From NCBI GenBank assembly GCA_964647485.1, contig CAZYHV010000006.1, forward strand, positions 6,808-70,807: a stretch of DNA of 64,000 bases. The letters are read 5' to 3'. This document shows positions 46,718-55,780 of this stretch, in pieces (position 1 is the stretch's first letter; every line of letters starts with the position of its first letter). Source of the DNA: an uncultured Chitinophagaceae bacterium (GTDB taxonomy: Bacteria > Bacteroidota > Bacteroidia > Chitinophagales > Chitinophagaceae). The notes under the pieces were generated by a model, which saw only the letters and a list, made by a program, of their open reading frames with translations, had not been told where the DNA came from and did not search any database. The position numbers were made by a program, and so were the translations under genes.

Positions 46718-47785
46718 ATGATTCAAAGCTCCATTAGATACGTTGTGATTCTGTTGCTATTGGGTGTGCCGATAATGGGTTCCGGACAATCAACAGCACA
46801 GGACACAAAAGATACCCTAAAATTAAAAGGGATTACTTTCCCTCATGTTCATGATCCGGTCATGGCAAAGGAAGGGGATACCTATTATGTATATGGCACC
46901 GGAGTAGGAATAAGTACGTGGTATTCTAAGGATCTTGTTCATTGGAAAAAAGGAAAGCCTGTTTTTGATAGTCTTCCGAATTGGGTTCATCATGCACTTC
47001 CTCACTTTCAATATTCCAGTTCTATCTGGGCTCCGGATATCATTCATTATCAAGGGCTGTGGTATCTTTTTTATGCTTGTAATCAAACGCCCGGGAAACC
47101 GGATGCAGCCATTGGATTGGCTACTAATCCTACCTTAGATCCGGATCGTCCCGATTACAAATGGACAGATCGTGGGAAGATGGTACAATCGGTGTTAGGC
47201 AGAGATATGTGGCAGGCCATCGACCCGAATGCTGTGATAGATAAGAATGGACAGCCTTGGCTTGCTTTTGGCTCGTTTTGGGATGGTATTAAATTGGTGA
47301 AAATGACGGATGATATGATGCAGCTGAAATGGCCGCAGGAATGGCATACCATTGCACGTCGTCCGAGTTCCCAGAAATTGTATGAATACGGGTTGCAGGA
47401 TAGTCAAATTGAAGCAGCTTTTATCTTTCAAAATGGAGATTATTATTATCTTTTTGCTTCTGTAGGTATTTGTTGTAGGGGTATAAATGGAACCTACCAT
47501 GTCGTGGTCGGTCGTTCAAAAAATATTACCGGCCCTTATGTCGATAAAGCGGGTTTCTCCATGATGGATGGCAATGGAAATATCATAGCTGTTGGGGATG
47601 GCGAAAGATGGGCAGCCGTAGGACATAACTCGGCTTATCATCTGGATGGTAAAGATTATTTTGTAGTTCATGGTTATTCTATTCCCGATCATGGGGATTC
47701 AAAGTTGATTGTATCCGAAATTAAGTGGGATAAAGAAGGGTGGCCAATTATTCACCTACCAAAATTAAAAAATGAAAAAAATTAG
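46718..47785 (+). CDS. GH43 endo-1,5-alpha-L-arabinanase-like enzyme
   Basis: HVHDPVMAKEGDTYYVYGT, IWAPDIIHYQGLWYLFY, AIDPNAVIDKNGQPWLAFGSFW, IEAAFIFQNGDYYYLF. ATG at 46718 is preferred to the track TTG at 46697. Confidence 0.85.
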   Translation: MIQSSIRYVVILLLLGVPIMGSGQSTAQDTKDTLKLKGITFPHVHDPVMAKEGDTYYVYGTGVGISTWYSKDLVHWKKGKPVFDSLPNWVHHALPHFQYSSSIWAPDIIHYQGLWYLFYACNQTPGKPDAAIGLATNPTLDPDRPDYKWTDRGKMVQSVLGRDMWQAIDPNAVIDKNGQPWLAFGSFWDGIKLVKMTDDMMQLKWPQEWHTIARRPSSQKLYEYGLQDSQIEAAFIFQNGDYYYLFASVGICCRGINGTYHVVVGRSKNITGPYVDKAGFSMMDGNGNIIAVGDGERWAAVGHNSAYHLDGKDYFVVHGYSIPDHGDSKLIVSEIKWDKEGWPIIHLPKLKNEKN

Positions 47786-48764
47786 AAAAAAGATACTGTT
47801 CTTATTGATTATAAGTTGTTCAATTGGGCTTTCAGGAGTTGCACAACAGCAGGATATTATTGTACATGATCCCAGTATTATTAAAGAAGGGGATACTTAT
47901 CATATTTTTTGTACAGGATTGGGTATTACTCATTGGTATTCCACCGATTTAAAACATTGGACAAAAGGGAAGCCTGTTTTTCAAAAAGCACCGAAATGGA
48001 CTGATAAAGTAGTTCCGGGATTTAATAATGTAATGTGGGCTCCTGACATATCCTATTATAATGGGCTGTATTATTTATACTACTCTGTATCCGCTTTTGC
48101 TAAAAATACTTCTGCGATAGGAGTAGCCACTAATAAAACACTCAATGAAAAGGATCCGGATTATCATTGGGAAGACCATGGAATTGTCGTGGAGTCTGTT
48201 CCCGGTAGAGATATGTGGAATGCCATTGATCCTAATTTAGCGGTAGATAATGAAGGAACTCCCTGGATGTCATTTGGTTCCTTTTGGGAAGGAATAAAGT
48301 TGGTTAAACTTGATAAAGATCGAATTCATGTGACCAAACCTCAAAAATGGTACACGATTGCGACCAGAAAAAGAACTTTTGGATTATCTGATACGCTACC
48401 TGGCGATGCTGCCATTGAAGCACCGTTCATTTATCAACATGGAGATTATTATTATTTATTCGTTTCTTATGACTATTGTTGTCGTGGGGTAAGCAGTAGT
48501 TATAAAGTAAAAGTAGGTAGATCAAAGAAAATAACGGGACCTTATTTGGATATTGCCGGAATGCCGATGATTCAAGGAGGGGCTTCCACTATATTGAAAG
48601 GAAATTCTCACTGGCCGGGACAGGGACATAATGCAATTTTAGAAGATAATGGAAAAACGTATTTAGTTGTTCATGCCTATGATGCAACAGATCATGGGAT
48701 ACCAAAATTACGTATTTTACCTATTCGCTGGGAGAATGGTTGGCCGATGCTTATTACACCATAA
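47772..48764 (+). CDS. GH43 endo-1,5-alpha-L-arabinanase-like enzyme (tandem paralogue)
   Basis: 330 aa with the same motif set (VHDPSIIKEGDTYHIFCT, MWAPDISYYNGLYYLYY, IEAPFIYQHGDYYYLF). The start overlaps the previous stop by 14 bp. Confidence 0.85.
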   Translation: MKKIRKKILFLLIISCSIGLSGVAQQQDIIVHDPSIIKEGDTYHIFCTGLGITHWYSTDLKHWTKGKPVFQKAPKWTDKVVPGFNNVMWAPDISYYNGLYYLYYSVSAFAKNTSAIGVATNKTLNEKDPDYHWEDHGIVVESVPGRDMWNAIDPNLAVDNEGTPWMSFGSFWEGIKLVKLDKDRIHVTKPQKWYTIATRKRTFGLSDTLPGDAAIEAPFIYQHGDYYYLFVSYDYCCRGVSSSYKVKVGRSKKITGPYLDIAGMPMIQGGASTILKGNSHWPGQGHNAILEDNGKTYLVVHAYDATDHGIPKLRILPIRWENGWPMLITP

Positions 48765-48769
48765 TATAA

Positions 48770-50776
48770 ATGAATGAGATGTCTATAAAAAAGAATATTT
48801 TGATAGGATTATGTTTACTTTTTATCCTTGTGAATCCCTATCTCTCCTCTGCTCATTTCATTGAAGGGAAAGGGGATAAAGATTCTCTAAGTAATAAAGT
48901 GGAATATTTTAAACTCCGTGATGTCAGGCTATTAAAAAGTCCGTTTAAAAAGGCTCAGGATGTAGATCTTTCTTATATTTTAAAGTTAAGTCCGGACAGG
49001 CTACTGGCGCCTTATTTAAAAGAAGCCGGGTTGCAGCCTACGGCAAAAAATTATCCCAACTGGGAAAGTCAGGGCTTAGATGGTCATATTGCAGGTCATT
49101 ATCTTTCTGCTTTATCCATGATGTATGCTTCTACAGGAAAGCGGGAGCTGCTTGACAGGGTTCGTTACATGGTGGATGAACTGAAGAGGTGCCAGGAGCA
49201 GGATTCTTCCGGATATATTGGAGGAATCCCTAATGGAAAAGAGATGTGGAAGCAAGTGGCAGCAGGAGAGGTAGAAGCGGTGAAAGATCGCTGGGTGCCC
49301 TGGTATAATGTACACAAGATATTTTGTGGGTTACGAGATGCGTATTTGTTTGCCGGTAGCCGGGAGGCAAAAGAAGTTCTCATAAAACTATCTGATTGGT
49401 GTTGGCAGGAAACGCATAATCTTAGCGATAGTCTCATGCAAAAAATGTTGCAAACAGAATATGGAGGAATGGATAAAGTCTTGGCAGATTTATATGTGAT
49501 TACCGGGAACAAAAAGTATCTGAAACTGGCAGAACGTTTTTCAAAAAGATCTCTTCTTGATCCACTCTTAAAGAAAGAAGATAAACTAACAGGATTACAT
49601 GCCAATACACAGATTCCGGTTGTGCTTGGTTTTGAACGGATTGCCGGGCTGACAGGAAATGGAGATTGGCAAAGGGCGGCAGGGTTCTTTTGGAACATGG
49701 TGGTTCATCATCGCTCGCTGGCTTTTGGAGGAAACAGCGTGGCGGAACATTTTAATCCTATTGATGACTTTTCTAAATTGATCGTTAGCCCCCAGGGACC
49801 GGAAACCTGCAATACCTATAATATGTTGAAGCTTACCCGAATGCTTTATCAGGAGAGTGGATCCCCATCGTATATCGATTTTTACGAAAGGGCGTTATAC
49901 AATCATATTCTTTCTTCGGAGAATAGAAAAAAAGGAGGGTTTGTTTATTTTACCCCCGCTCGTCCTCGGCATTATCGGGTTTTCTCTCAGCCGGAAACCA
50001 GTTTCTGGTGTTGTGTGGGATCCGGTATGGAAAACCATTCAAAATATGGCGGAACCATATATGCGCATGCGAAGGATGCATTGTATGTTAACTTGTTTAT
50101 TCCTTCCGAATTGAATTGGAAAGAAAAAGGGGTGAAAGTAATTCAAGAAAACCATTTTCCTGATGAAGATCAGACCCATTTAAAGATCGAAACAGAAAAG
50201 CCGATCACTTTTACCTTAAAAATCCGCTACCCTTCCTGGGTAAAAAAGGATCGTTTACAGATCTTCCTCAATGGGAAAAAACAAAAAATTCAAGGGAATC
50301 CTGGAACTTATGTCAGTTTGAGAAGAAAATGGCAGGAGGGAGATCAGATAAAAGTGGTCTTGCCCATGCACTTTTCTATGGTTCCTCTTCCCGGTTCTAC
50401 CGATTTTGTTTCCTTGAAGTATGGACCTGTGATTCTTGCAGCAAGAACGGGAACAAAAGAAATGAAAGGAGAATTTGCCGATACCGGTAGAATGAGTCAC
50501 ATCGCTTCCGGTCCGTTATTTTCGATCAAAGATGCCCCTAAATTAGTAGGCTCCAGATCTGACATTCTCTCAGAGATTAAACGAGTTAAAAGAGATACAT
50601 TGGTTTTTGAAGCGCCAGCAGCTATTTATCCTGAGAAATATAAAGACTTGAAATTGATCCCTTTCTTTCGGATTGGAGGTGCTCGTTATATGATGTACTG
50701 GCAACAGACGACGAAAAACAACATGAAAAAAGCATTGGCAGTTGATGAAAAATTGGATGAAAGGAAAGGGGAATAA
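48770..50776 (+). CDS. GH127 (DUF1680) beta-L-arabinofuranosidase-like enzyme
   Basis: 668 aa with signal peptide. HIAGHYLSALSMMYA, ETCNTYNMLKL and the paired cysteines in FWCCVGSGMENH match the Zn/Cys-nucleophile region known from GH127. Confidence 0.8.
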   Translation: MNEMSIKKNILIGLCLLFILVNPYLSSAHFIEGKGDKDSLSNKVEYFKLRDVRLLKSPFKKAQDVDLSYILKLSPDRLLAPYLKEAGLQPTAKNYPNWESQGLDGHIAGHYLSALSMMYASTGKRELLDRVRYMVDELKRCQEQDSSGYIGGIPNGKEMWKQVAAGEVEAVKDRWVPWYNVHKIFCGLRDAYLFAGSREAKEVLIKLSDWCWQETHNLSDSLMQKMLQTEYGGMDKVLADLYVITGNKKYLKLAERFSKRSLLDPLLKKEDKLTGLHANTQIPVVLGFERIAGLTGNGDWQRAAGFFWNMVVHHRSLAFGGNSVAEHFNPIDDFSKLIVSPQGPETCNTYNMLKLTRMLYQESGSPSYIDFYERALYNHILSSENRKKGGFVYFTPARPRHYRVFSQPETSFWCCVGSGMENHSKYGGTIYAHAKDALYVNLFIPSELNWKEKGVKVIQENHFPDEDQTHLKIETEKPITFTLKIRYPSWVKKDRLQIFLNGKKQKIQGNPGTYVSLRRKWQEGDQIKVVLPMHFSMVPLPGSTDFVSLKYGPVILAARTGTKEMKGEFADTGRMSHIASGPLFSIKDAPKLVGSRSDILSEIKRVKRDTLVFEAPAAIYPEKYKDLKLIPFFRIGGARYMMYWQQTTKNNMKKALAVDEKLDERKGE

Positions 50777-50884
50777 GCGTAGTGTTGTATTATTTTAAAA
50801 GGAAAAACTTCTTCATATTCTCTTTCCACCGAATATTTTCTTTCAATCAGAAAATTGTATATTTAGAGCACTAAAAGATTCTAA

Positions 50885-53800
50885 ATGTATCGTGTATTGA
50901 GATCATTATTATTTACGCTTAGCTTTTTAATTACTTTTACTGCTTGGGTTAAGGGACAGATACCTTTCAACTATTCTGTTTCTTATGTTACTATAAATGA
51001 CGGACTTTCCAATAATAACGTGACTACCCTTTTTCAGGATAGTTTAGGGTATTTATGGATGGGGACCTATGACGGATTGAATCGTTATGATGGGTATGAT
51101 TTTAAAGTGTATCGACATCGATTTGAGGATTCTTCTTCTCTGTTGGGAAACCGGATCGTATGTGTCAATCAGGATTTGAATAAAAATATTTGGATTGGTA
51201 CAAAGGAGGGGATTAATATCCAAAACAACTTAAAAACGAGCTTAGGGTCAGTAAAATATATATCTAAGGATTCTCAAAAGAAAAAAATCCTCAGAACCGG
51301 AATTACGGATATCGTCAGAGACGCGAAAGGGAATATGTGGGTAGGTACGGAGGGGGCTGGTGTCTTATATTCAAAACAGGGTAGTTTCCTTTTATCACAA
51401 ATTCCCTATGTACAGAATGGCGCAGAAAGAAATCAATATCCCGTAAGAGGAATAGCAATAAGTGATCATAAGGTGTGGGTCTTTATCAAGGAGGTGGGGC
51501 TCTGTCGTTTAGATTTTAAACAAAAAAAATTAAATGTTATTAACGCCAAATTGCGAAAAGCTAATTGCATGCGGGCTGATGGCAAAGGAAACTTATGGAT
51601 CGGAACGAATAACGGATTATACAGATACCGTATTTCTTCAGGAGAATTTACCGCTTTCAAGAAGGGAAAAACAGGATTGTTATCTAATTTAATAGAGACG
51701 ATTTGCATAGACCGGAAAAGTAATATCTGGTTTGGTACGGATGGGGGTGGAGCAGCCATGATGACCCCGGAGGGACAATGCTATAAAATATCGGGAAACA
51801 GCAGTGAGGAATTTCCGGAAACCGCCTCTGTATTTTCTATCATAGAAGATAGAGCAGGTAGGATCTGGATGGGTACTTTAAGAGGCGGGGTGATTATTTT
51901 AGATCCCAATAAACCTGCATTTAAGACGATTCGTCAAAATCCTTTGGCGAAGAGTAGTCTCGTAAGTAATTATATATTCTCTTTTTCTGAAGACCATAAC
52001 GGAAACCTGTGGATCGGTACTGATGGAGGAGGATTGAGTGTTTTTAATGAAAAAACGGGCCGTTATACGAACTATGTTCATCAGGAAAAGAATCCTTACT
52101 CTTTGAGTAGTAATTTTATTACGGATCTATGTTTAGATAGCTCGGGTCAGATGTGGTTAGCAACCTGGGGAGGTGGGATTAACCGCTATCAAACGACTCA
52201 AAAAAGATTTAAGCATTATCAAACCTTGGGAAAGTGGAATGAAAAGAAGAACTTTTTTAGTTTATATGTAGATCATGCCCATAATTTGTGGGCCGGAAGT
52301 ATCGGAGGCGGCTTATTTAAATATGATTCATCGGAAGATAAATTTTTCCTTTATGACCATAATTTAAGGGATATAATTGCAATGTATGAAGATCAGGAAG
52401 ACCGTTTGTGGGCAGGTAATTTTGGTCAGTTGATAGAGATAGATAGAAAGAAAAAGAAGAATAAAAGATTTGATATTGGTCATCCTGTCCGCTCGATTTG
52501 TGAAGCAGGGAATCGTCGTCTTTGGGTGGGAACAGAAGGAGGAGGTCTCCTGTTATTTGATGAGAAGGATGGAATTCTGAAACGATATACTGTTAAAAAT
52601 GGACTGCCTAGCGATAATATATTACAAATTTTGAAAGATGGGGAGGGTAATCTTTGGATGAGTACCTATGACGGACTATGTAATTTTATTGTTTCACAAG
52701 AAAGATTTATCAATTATTATCAACAGGAAGGGATTCAAAGTAACCAGTTTAATTATAATGCAGCTTTAGAGTTACAATCGGGAGCTTTTGTATTTGGTGG
52801 AATTAACGGCTATACGCAATTTTATCCTGATAGTATTCATCCTTATCAAACGCATACCAATGTCCTTATTAATGAAATATGGGTCAATAATCAACTTTTA
52901 AAGAAGAATAGCCGGTACGTTACAGAAACATCAAAGAATTTTATAAAGGAAATTACCCTTCCATACAACAAGTCTAGTCTTCGAATAAAATTTGTTGGAA
53001 TTAATTATACCTTATCTCGAGAGCTTACTTATGCATATAGTCTTAAGAAGGACAATGATGCTTGGACTAAAAACGGAACTTCCCGGTCTATCAGCTTTTC
53101 TCATCTTGGGAAAGGATCATATTTTTTAAGGATAAAGGCTTTAGGAACAGGCGGTAGCTCTAATGATAAAAATACGATGCTGAAAATCATTGTACTCCCT
53201 CCCTGGTATTGGAGCTGGTGGGCAATTCTAATATATGTATTTATAATAGGAGGGGTGATTCTCCTCTATGTTTCTTATAAAACACGAAGAACAAGGCTTA
53301 AATATGAGATTCGGCTTTCTCAGATGGAAGTGAAAAAGGAGAAAGAGCTGAATGAAAGAAAACTGAGTTATTTTACCGGAATGACGCATGAGTTCCGTAC
53401 CCCTTTAACACTTATTATTAATCCCTTGAGAGAAATACTCAATGAAGATAAAACACATTGGAATAGATCTGACCTGAGGGTGGTCTATGACAATGCAAGA
53501 AGGATGCTCAATTTAGTAGATCAGTTGTTATATTTCCGAAAACTGGATAAGGATTTACGGTTAAGAACAGCAAAAATTCGATTTTATTCTCTCTGCAAAC
53601 AGGTTTGTGATAGTTTCCGGTTGTTAGCAAAAGATAAGGAGATACAGTTCGATCTTATTTGTGAAAATGAGGCAATTATTCTAAAATGTGATAAGGATAA
53701 AATGAATATTATTTTATATAATTTATTGAGTAATGCCTTTAAATTTACCGGGAAAGGGGGACGCGTTTCAGTAAAAATTAAAGAAAATAAAGAACTCGTT

Positions 53801-54991
53801 TTTGTTGAAATATCAGACAGCGGAGTCGGGATAAAAGCCACTGAAGGCGAACGCATTTTTGATAAATTTTACCAGGAAAATAAGAATGCGGAGCTTTCGA
53901 AACCGATGGGCTTTGGTATAGGTCTACACCTGGTAAAACAACTAGTTGAAAAACACGGAGGCTCAATCCGGTATGCCAGCAAGCAAGGCGTGGGAACTAC
54001 ATTTTATCTTCGCCTCCCAAAGGACATTCCGATCGATTCCTCCACTGAAGAAGTTACAGCGACCCAAAAAATAGAACCCCTGAAAAAGGAAATTGTAAAA
54101 ACTCCTGAAAAAGAAAAGAAAGAAGTTAAGAATAAAATAGAGGGAGGAGAAGAATCTCAACTGGAGCCCCAATCTCCTGAATGGATATCTGCAAAACACT
54201 CGATACTAGTCATTGAGGATGACCCGGAAATGAGGAATTATGTAGTTAAAATTTTTTCCAAAGATTCCATTGTTTATAGTGCGTCTGATGGTAATGAAGG
54301 ACTGACTCTGGCAAGACAAAATATTCCGGATGTGATTATTAGTGATGTGATGATGGAAGGAAAAACCGGGATTGACTTATGTAGGCATATTAAACAACAT
54401 TCTTCCCTCAACCATATTCCTTTCATCTTAATGACAGGAAGTCCCTCAGAGGAGATGAGGTTGAAAGGGATAGAAGAAGGGGCAGACGGATACATTACCA
54501 AACCCTTCAGTAAGGAATTACTTAGGGCTAAAGTAGATAGCCTCATCAAAAATAGGAATAACCAACAACGATATTTCTATAACCAAGTCACTTTTAGAGA
54601 GGATGATTTGAGGATTTCCGAAAAAGAAAAAGAGTTAATCGATCAATGTATTGAGATTGTCGAGCAATTTTGTGATGAAGAAGGGTTTACGGTAAAGACC
54701 ATTAGTAAAAAAATAGGGATGAGTCATTCTAATCTGTATAGGAAGATCAAGAAGATCACGGGGCAATCGCCAAGTGGATTTGTACGTTTTGTACGATTGC
54801 GTAAGGCGGCTGAATATCTTATTTCGGGAAAATATAATGTAAATGAAGCTTCTTTTCAAGTGGGTTTTTCTGATAGCAGATATTTCAGAAAACAGTTTAA
54901 GAAGTTATATGGGATGAACCCTTCCGAATTTAAAAAGAAGTATAAAAATATTTCGTTGGATAAGTTTAAGCGGAATAAAGGTGCTCCATAA
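50885..54991 (+). CDS. Hybrid two-component system sensor/regulator (HTCS): periplasmic beta-propeller repeats + YYY, TM, HisKA, HATPase, REC, AraC HTH
   Basis: 1368 aa. Many Reg_prop repeats (LWMGTYDGLNRYDG etc.). TM WWAILIYVFIIGGVILLYV. H-box FTGMTHEFRTPLT. HATPase (GFGIGLHLVKQLVEKHGG). REC (ILVIEDD...DVIISDVMMEGKTG). HTH_AraC tail. Confidence 0.95.
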   Translation: MYRVLRSLLFTLSFLITFTAWVKGQIPFNYSVSYVTINDGLSNNNVTTLFQDSLGYLWMGTYDGLNRYDGYDFKVYRHRFEDSSSLLGNRIVCVNQDLNKNIWIGTKEGINIQNNLKTSLGSVKYISKDSQKKKILRTGITDIVRDAKGNMWVGTEGAGVLYSKQGSFLLSQIPYVQNGAERNQYPVRGIAISDHKVWVFIKEVGLCRLDFKQKKLNVINAKLRKANCMRADGKGNLWIGTNNGLYRYRISSGEFTAFKKGKTGLLSNLIETICIDRKSNIWFGTDGGGAAMMTPEGQCYKISGNSSEEFPETASVFSIIEDRAGRIWMGTLRGGVIILDPNKPAFKTIRQNPLAKSSLVSNYIFSFSEDHNGNLWIGTDGGGLSVFNEKTGRYTNYVHQEKNPYSLSSNFITDLCLDSSGQMWLATWGGGINRYQTTQKRFKHYQTLGKWNEKKNFFSLYVDHAHNLWAGSIGGGLFKYDSSEDKFFLYDHNLRDIIAMYEDQEDRLWAGNFGQLIEIDRKKKKNKRFDIGHPVRSICEAGNRRLWVGTEGGGLLLFDEKDGILKRYTVKNGLPSDNILQILKDGEGNLWMSTYDGLCNFIVSQERFINYYQQEGIQSNQFNYNAALELQSGAFVFGGINGYTQFYPDSIHPYQTHTNVLINEIWVNNQLLKKNSRYVTETSKNFIKEITLPYNKSSLRIKFVGINYTLSRELTYAYSLKKDNDAWTKNGTSRSISFSHLGKGSYFLRIKALGTGGSSNDKNTMLKIIVLPPWYWSWWAILIYVFIIGGVILLYVSYKTRRTRLKYEIRLSQMEVKKEKELNERKLSYFTGMTHEFRTPLTLIINPLREILNEDKTHWNRSDLRVVYDNARRMLNLVDQLLYFRKLDKDLRLRTAKIRFYSLCKQVCDSFRLLAKDKEIQFDLICENEAIILKCDKDKMNIILYNLLSNAFKFTGKGGRVSVKIKENKELVFVEISDSGVGIKATEGERIFDKFYQENKNAELSKPMGFGIGLHLVKQLVEKHGGSIRYASKQGVGTTFYLRLPKDIPIDSSTEEVTATQKIEPLKKEIVKTPEKEKKEVKNKIEGGEESQLEPQSPEWISAKHSILVIEDDPEMRNYVVKIFSKDSIVYSASDGNEGLTLARQNIPDVIISDVMMEGKTGIDLCRHIKQHSSLNHIPFILMTGSPSEEMRLKGIEEGADGYITKPFSKELLRAKVDSLIKNRNNQQRYFYNQVTFREDDLRISEKEKELIDQCIEIVEQFCDEEGFTVKTISKKIGMSHSNLYRKIKKITGQSPSGFVRFVRLRKAAEYLISGKYNVNEASFQVGFSDSRYFRKQFKKLYGMNPSEFKKKYKNISLDKFKRNKGAP

Positions 54992-55204
54992 TGGGAACGC
55001 TTTTTTATTCTCTCATCTTTTAAAAGATGAAAAAAGACTTATTAATTTCTGTATAAGTGTAAAAAGAACAATCTTCCCCCCTTTTTTGATTAAATATCCC
55101 CCCTTTTGAGGTATTATATTATTATAATTTTGTTCTAGAGAAAGGAGACAAGGGAAATTTCGCAACTAAAATAGTTAAAAGTATAAACAAAATATCTATT
55201 TATT

Positions 55205-55678
55205 ATGAGAGAATTTTTACAAGACCCATCTTTATCAAATTCATCTGTACACCCTGCTTTATTTTATACTCAAGATCCATTAAGGGAGGAAGAAAAAGTT
55301 TTTGATGAAGGATTAATAAGAAAAGACTTAGAAAGGAATGCTGTTTTAACTGAATGTATTGGAGTCATTATTCAAAATATAGATAATCCGAAACTCGGTG
55401 TGGATTTATTGTCCAGAAAAATGTTCATGAGTCATTCTTCATTATATAAAAAACTAAAAGAGTTGGTAGGGCTGTCCATCAATGAATTGATTCGTCACGT
55501 TAGACTAGAATATGCTTCCTTGATGTTGGTAGATAGTAACTGTAGAATCAATGAAGTGGCTTATAGAGCGGGTTTTAATAATGTCAAATATTTCAGAAAG
55601 CAGTTTAAGAAGTTGTATGAGCAAACGCCAACTGCATATAGGAATAGGGAGTCCGGGATAAAAGGAGGATTGAAATAA
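55205..55678 (+). CDS. Stand-alone AraC-type HTH domain protein (resembles an HTCS output domain without sensor, kinase or receiver)
   Basis: 157 aa. NVKYFRKQFKKLYEQTPTAYRNR parallels the HTCS tail DSRYFRKQFKKLYGMNPSEFKKKY. A TAnnTTTG-type box (TAATTTTG, 55125-55132) lies 73 nt upstream. Confidence 0.7.
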   Translation: MREFLQDPSLSNSSVHPALFYTQDPLREEEKVFDEGLIRKDLERNAVLTECIGVIIQNIDNPKLGVDLLSRKMFMSHSSLYKKLKELVGLSINELIRHVRLEYASLMLVDSNCRINEVAYRAGFNNVKYFRKQFKKLYEQTPTAYRNRESGIKGGLK

Positions 55679-55780
55679 TTCGAATAGAATACGAGTTTGT
55701 CCCCCATATAAAGAAATTGATGCATTTACCTTTGGCAGAGTAAACAAGGAAAGAATAACATTCAAGCAAGAACAAATTTT

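Noticed and set aside
47539-47548. Reverse-strand copy of TTTATCGACA inside the GH43 CDS as a regulatory site
   Set aside because: It is a single copy deep within a coding region with no phased partner, so it is most simply a chance occurrence. It is noted because it weakens the uniqueness of the motif.
49165-49698. 177-aa minus-strand ORF inside the GH127 gene, and similar antisense ORFs (e.g. 29192..29599, 29767..30120, 44162..44524, 35099..35446, 47195..47500, 17116..17451)
   Set aside because: All lie fully inside strongly supported CDSs on the opposite strand. Their composition is skewed and Cys/Ser/Arg-rich or low-complexity, which is typical of shadow ORFs.
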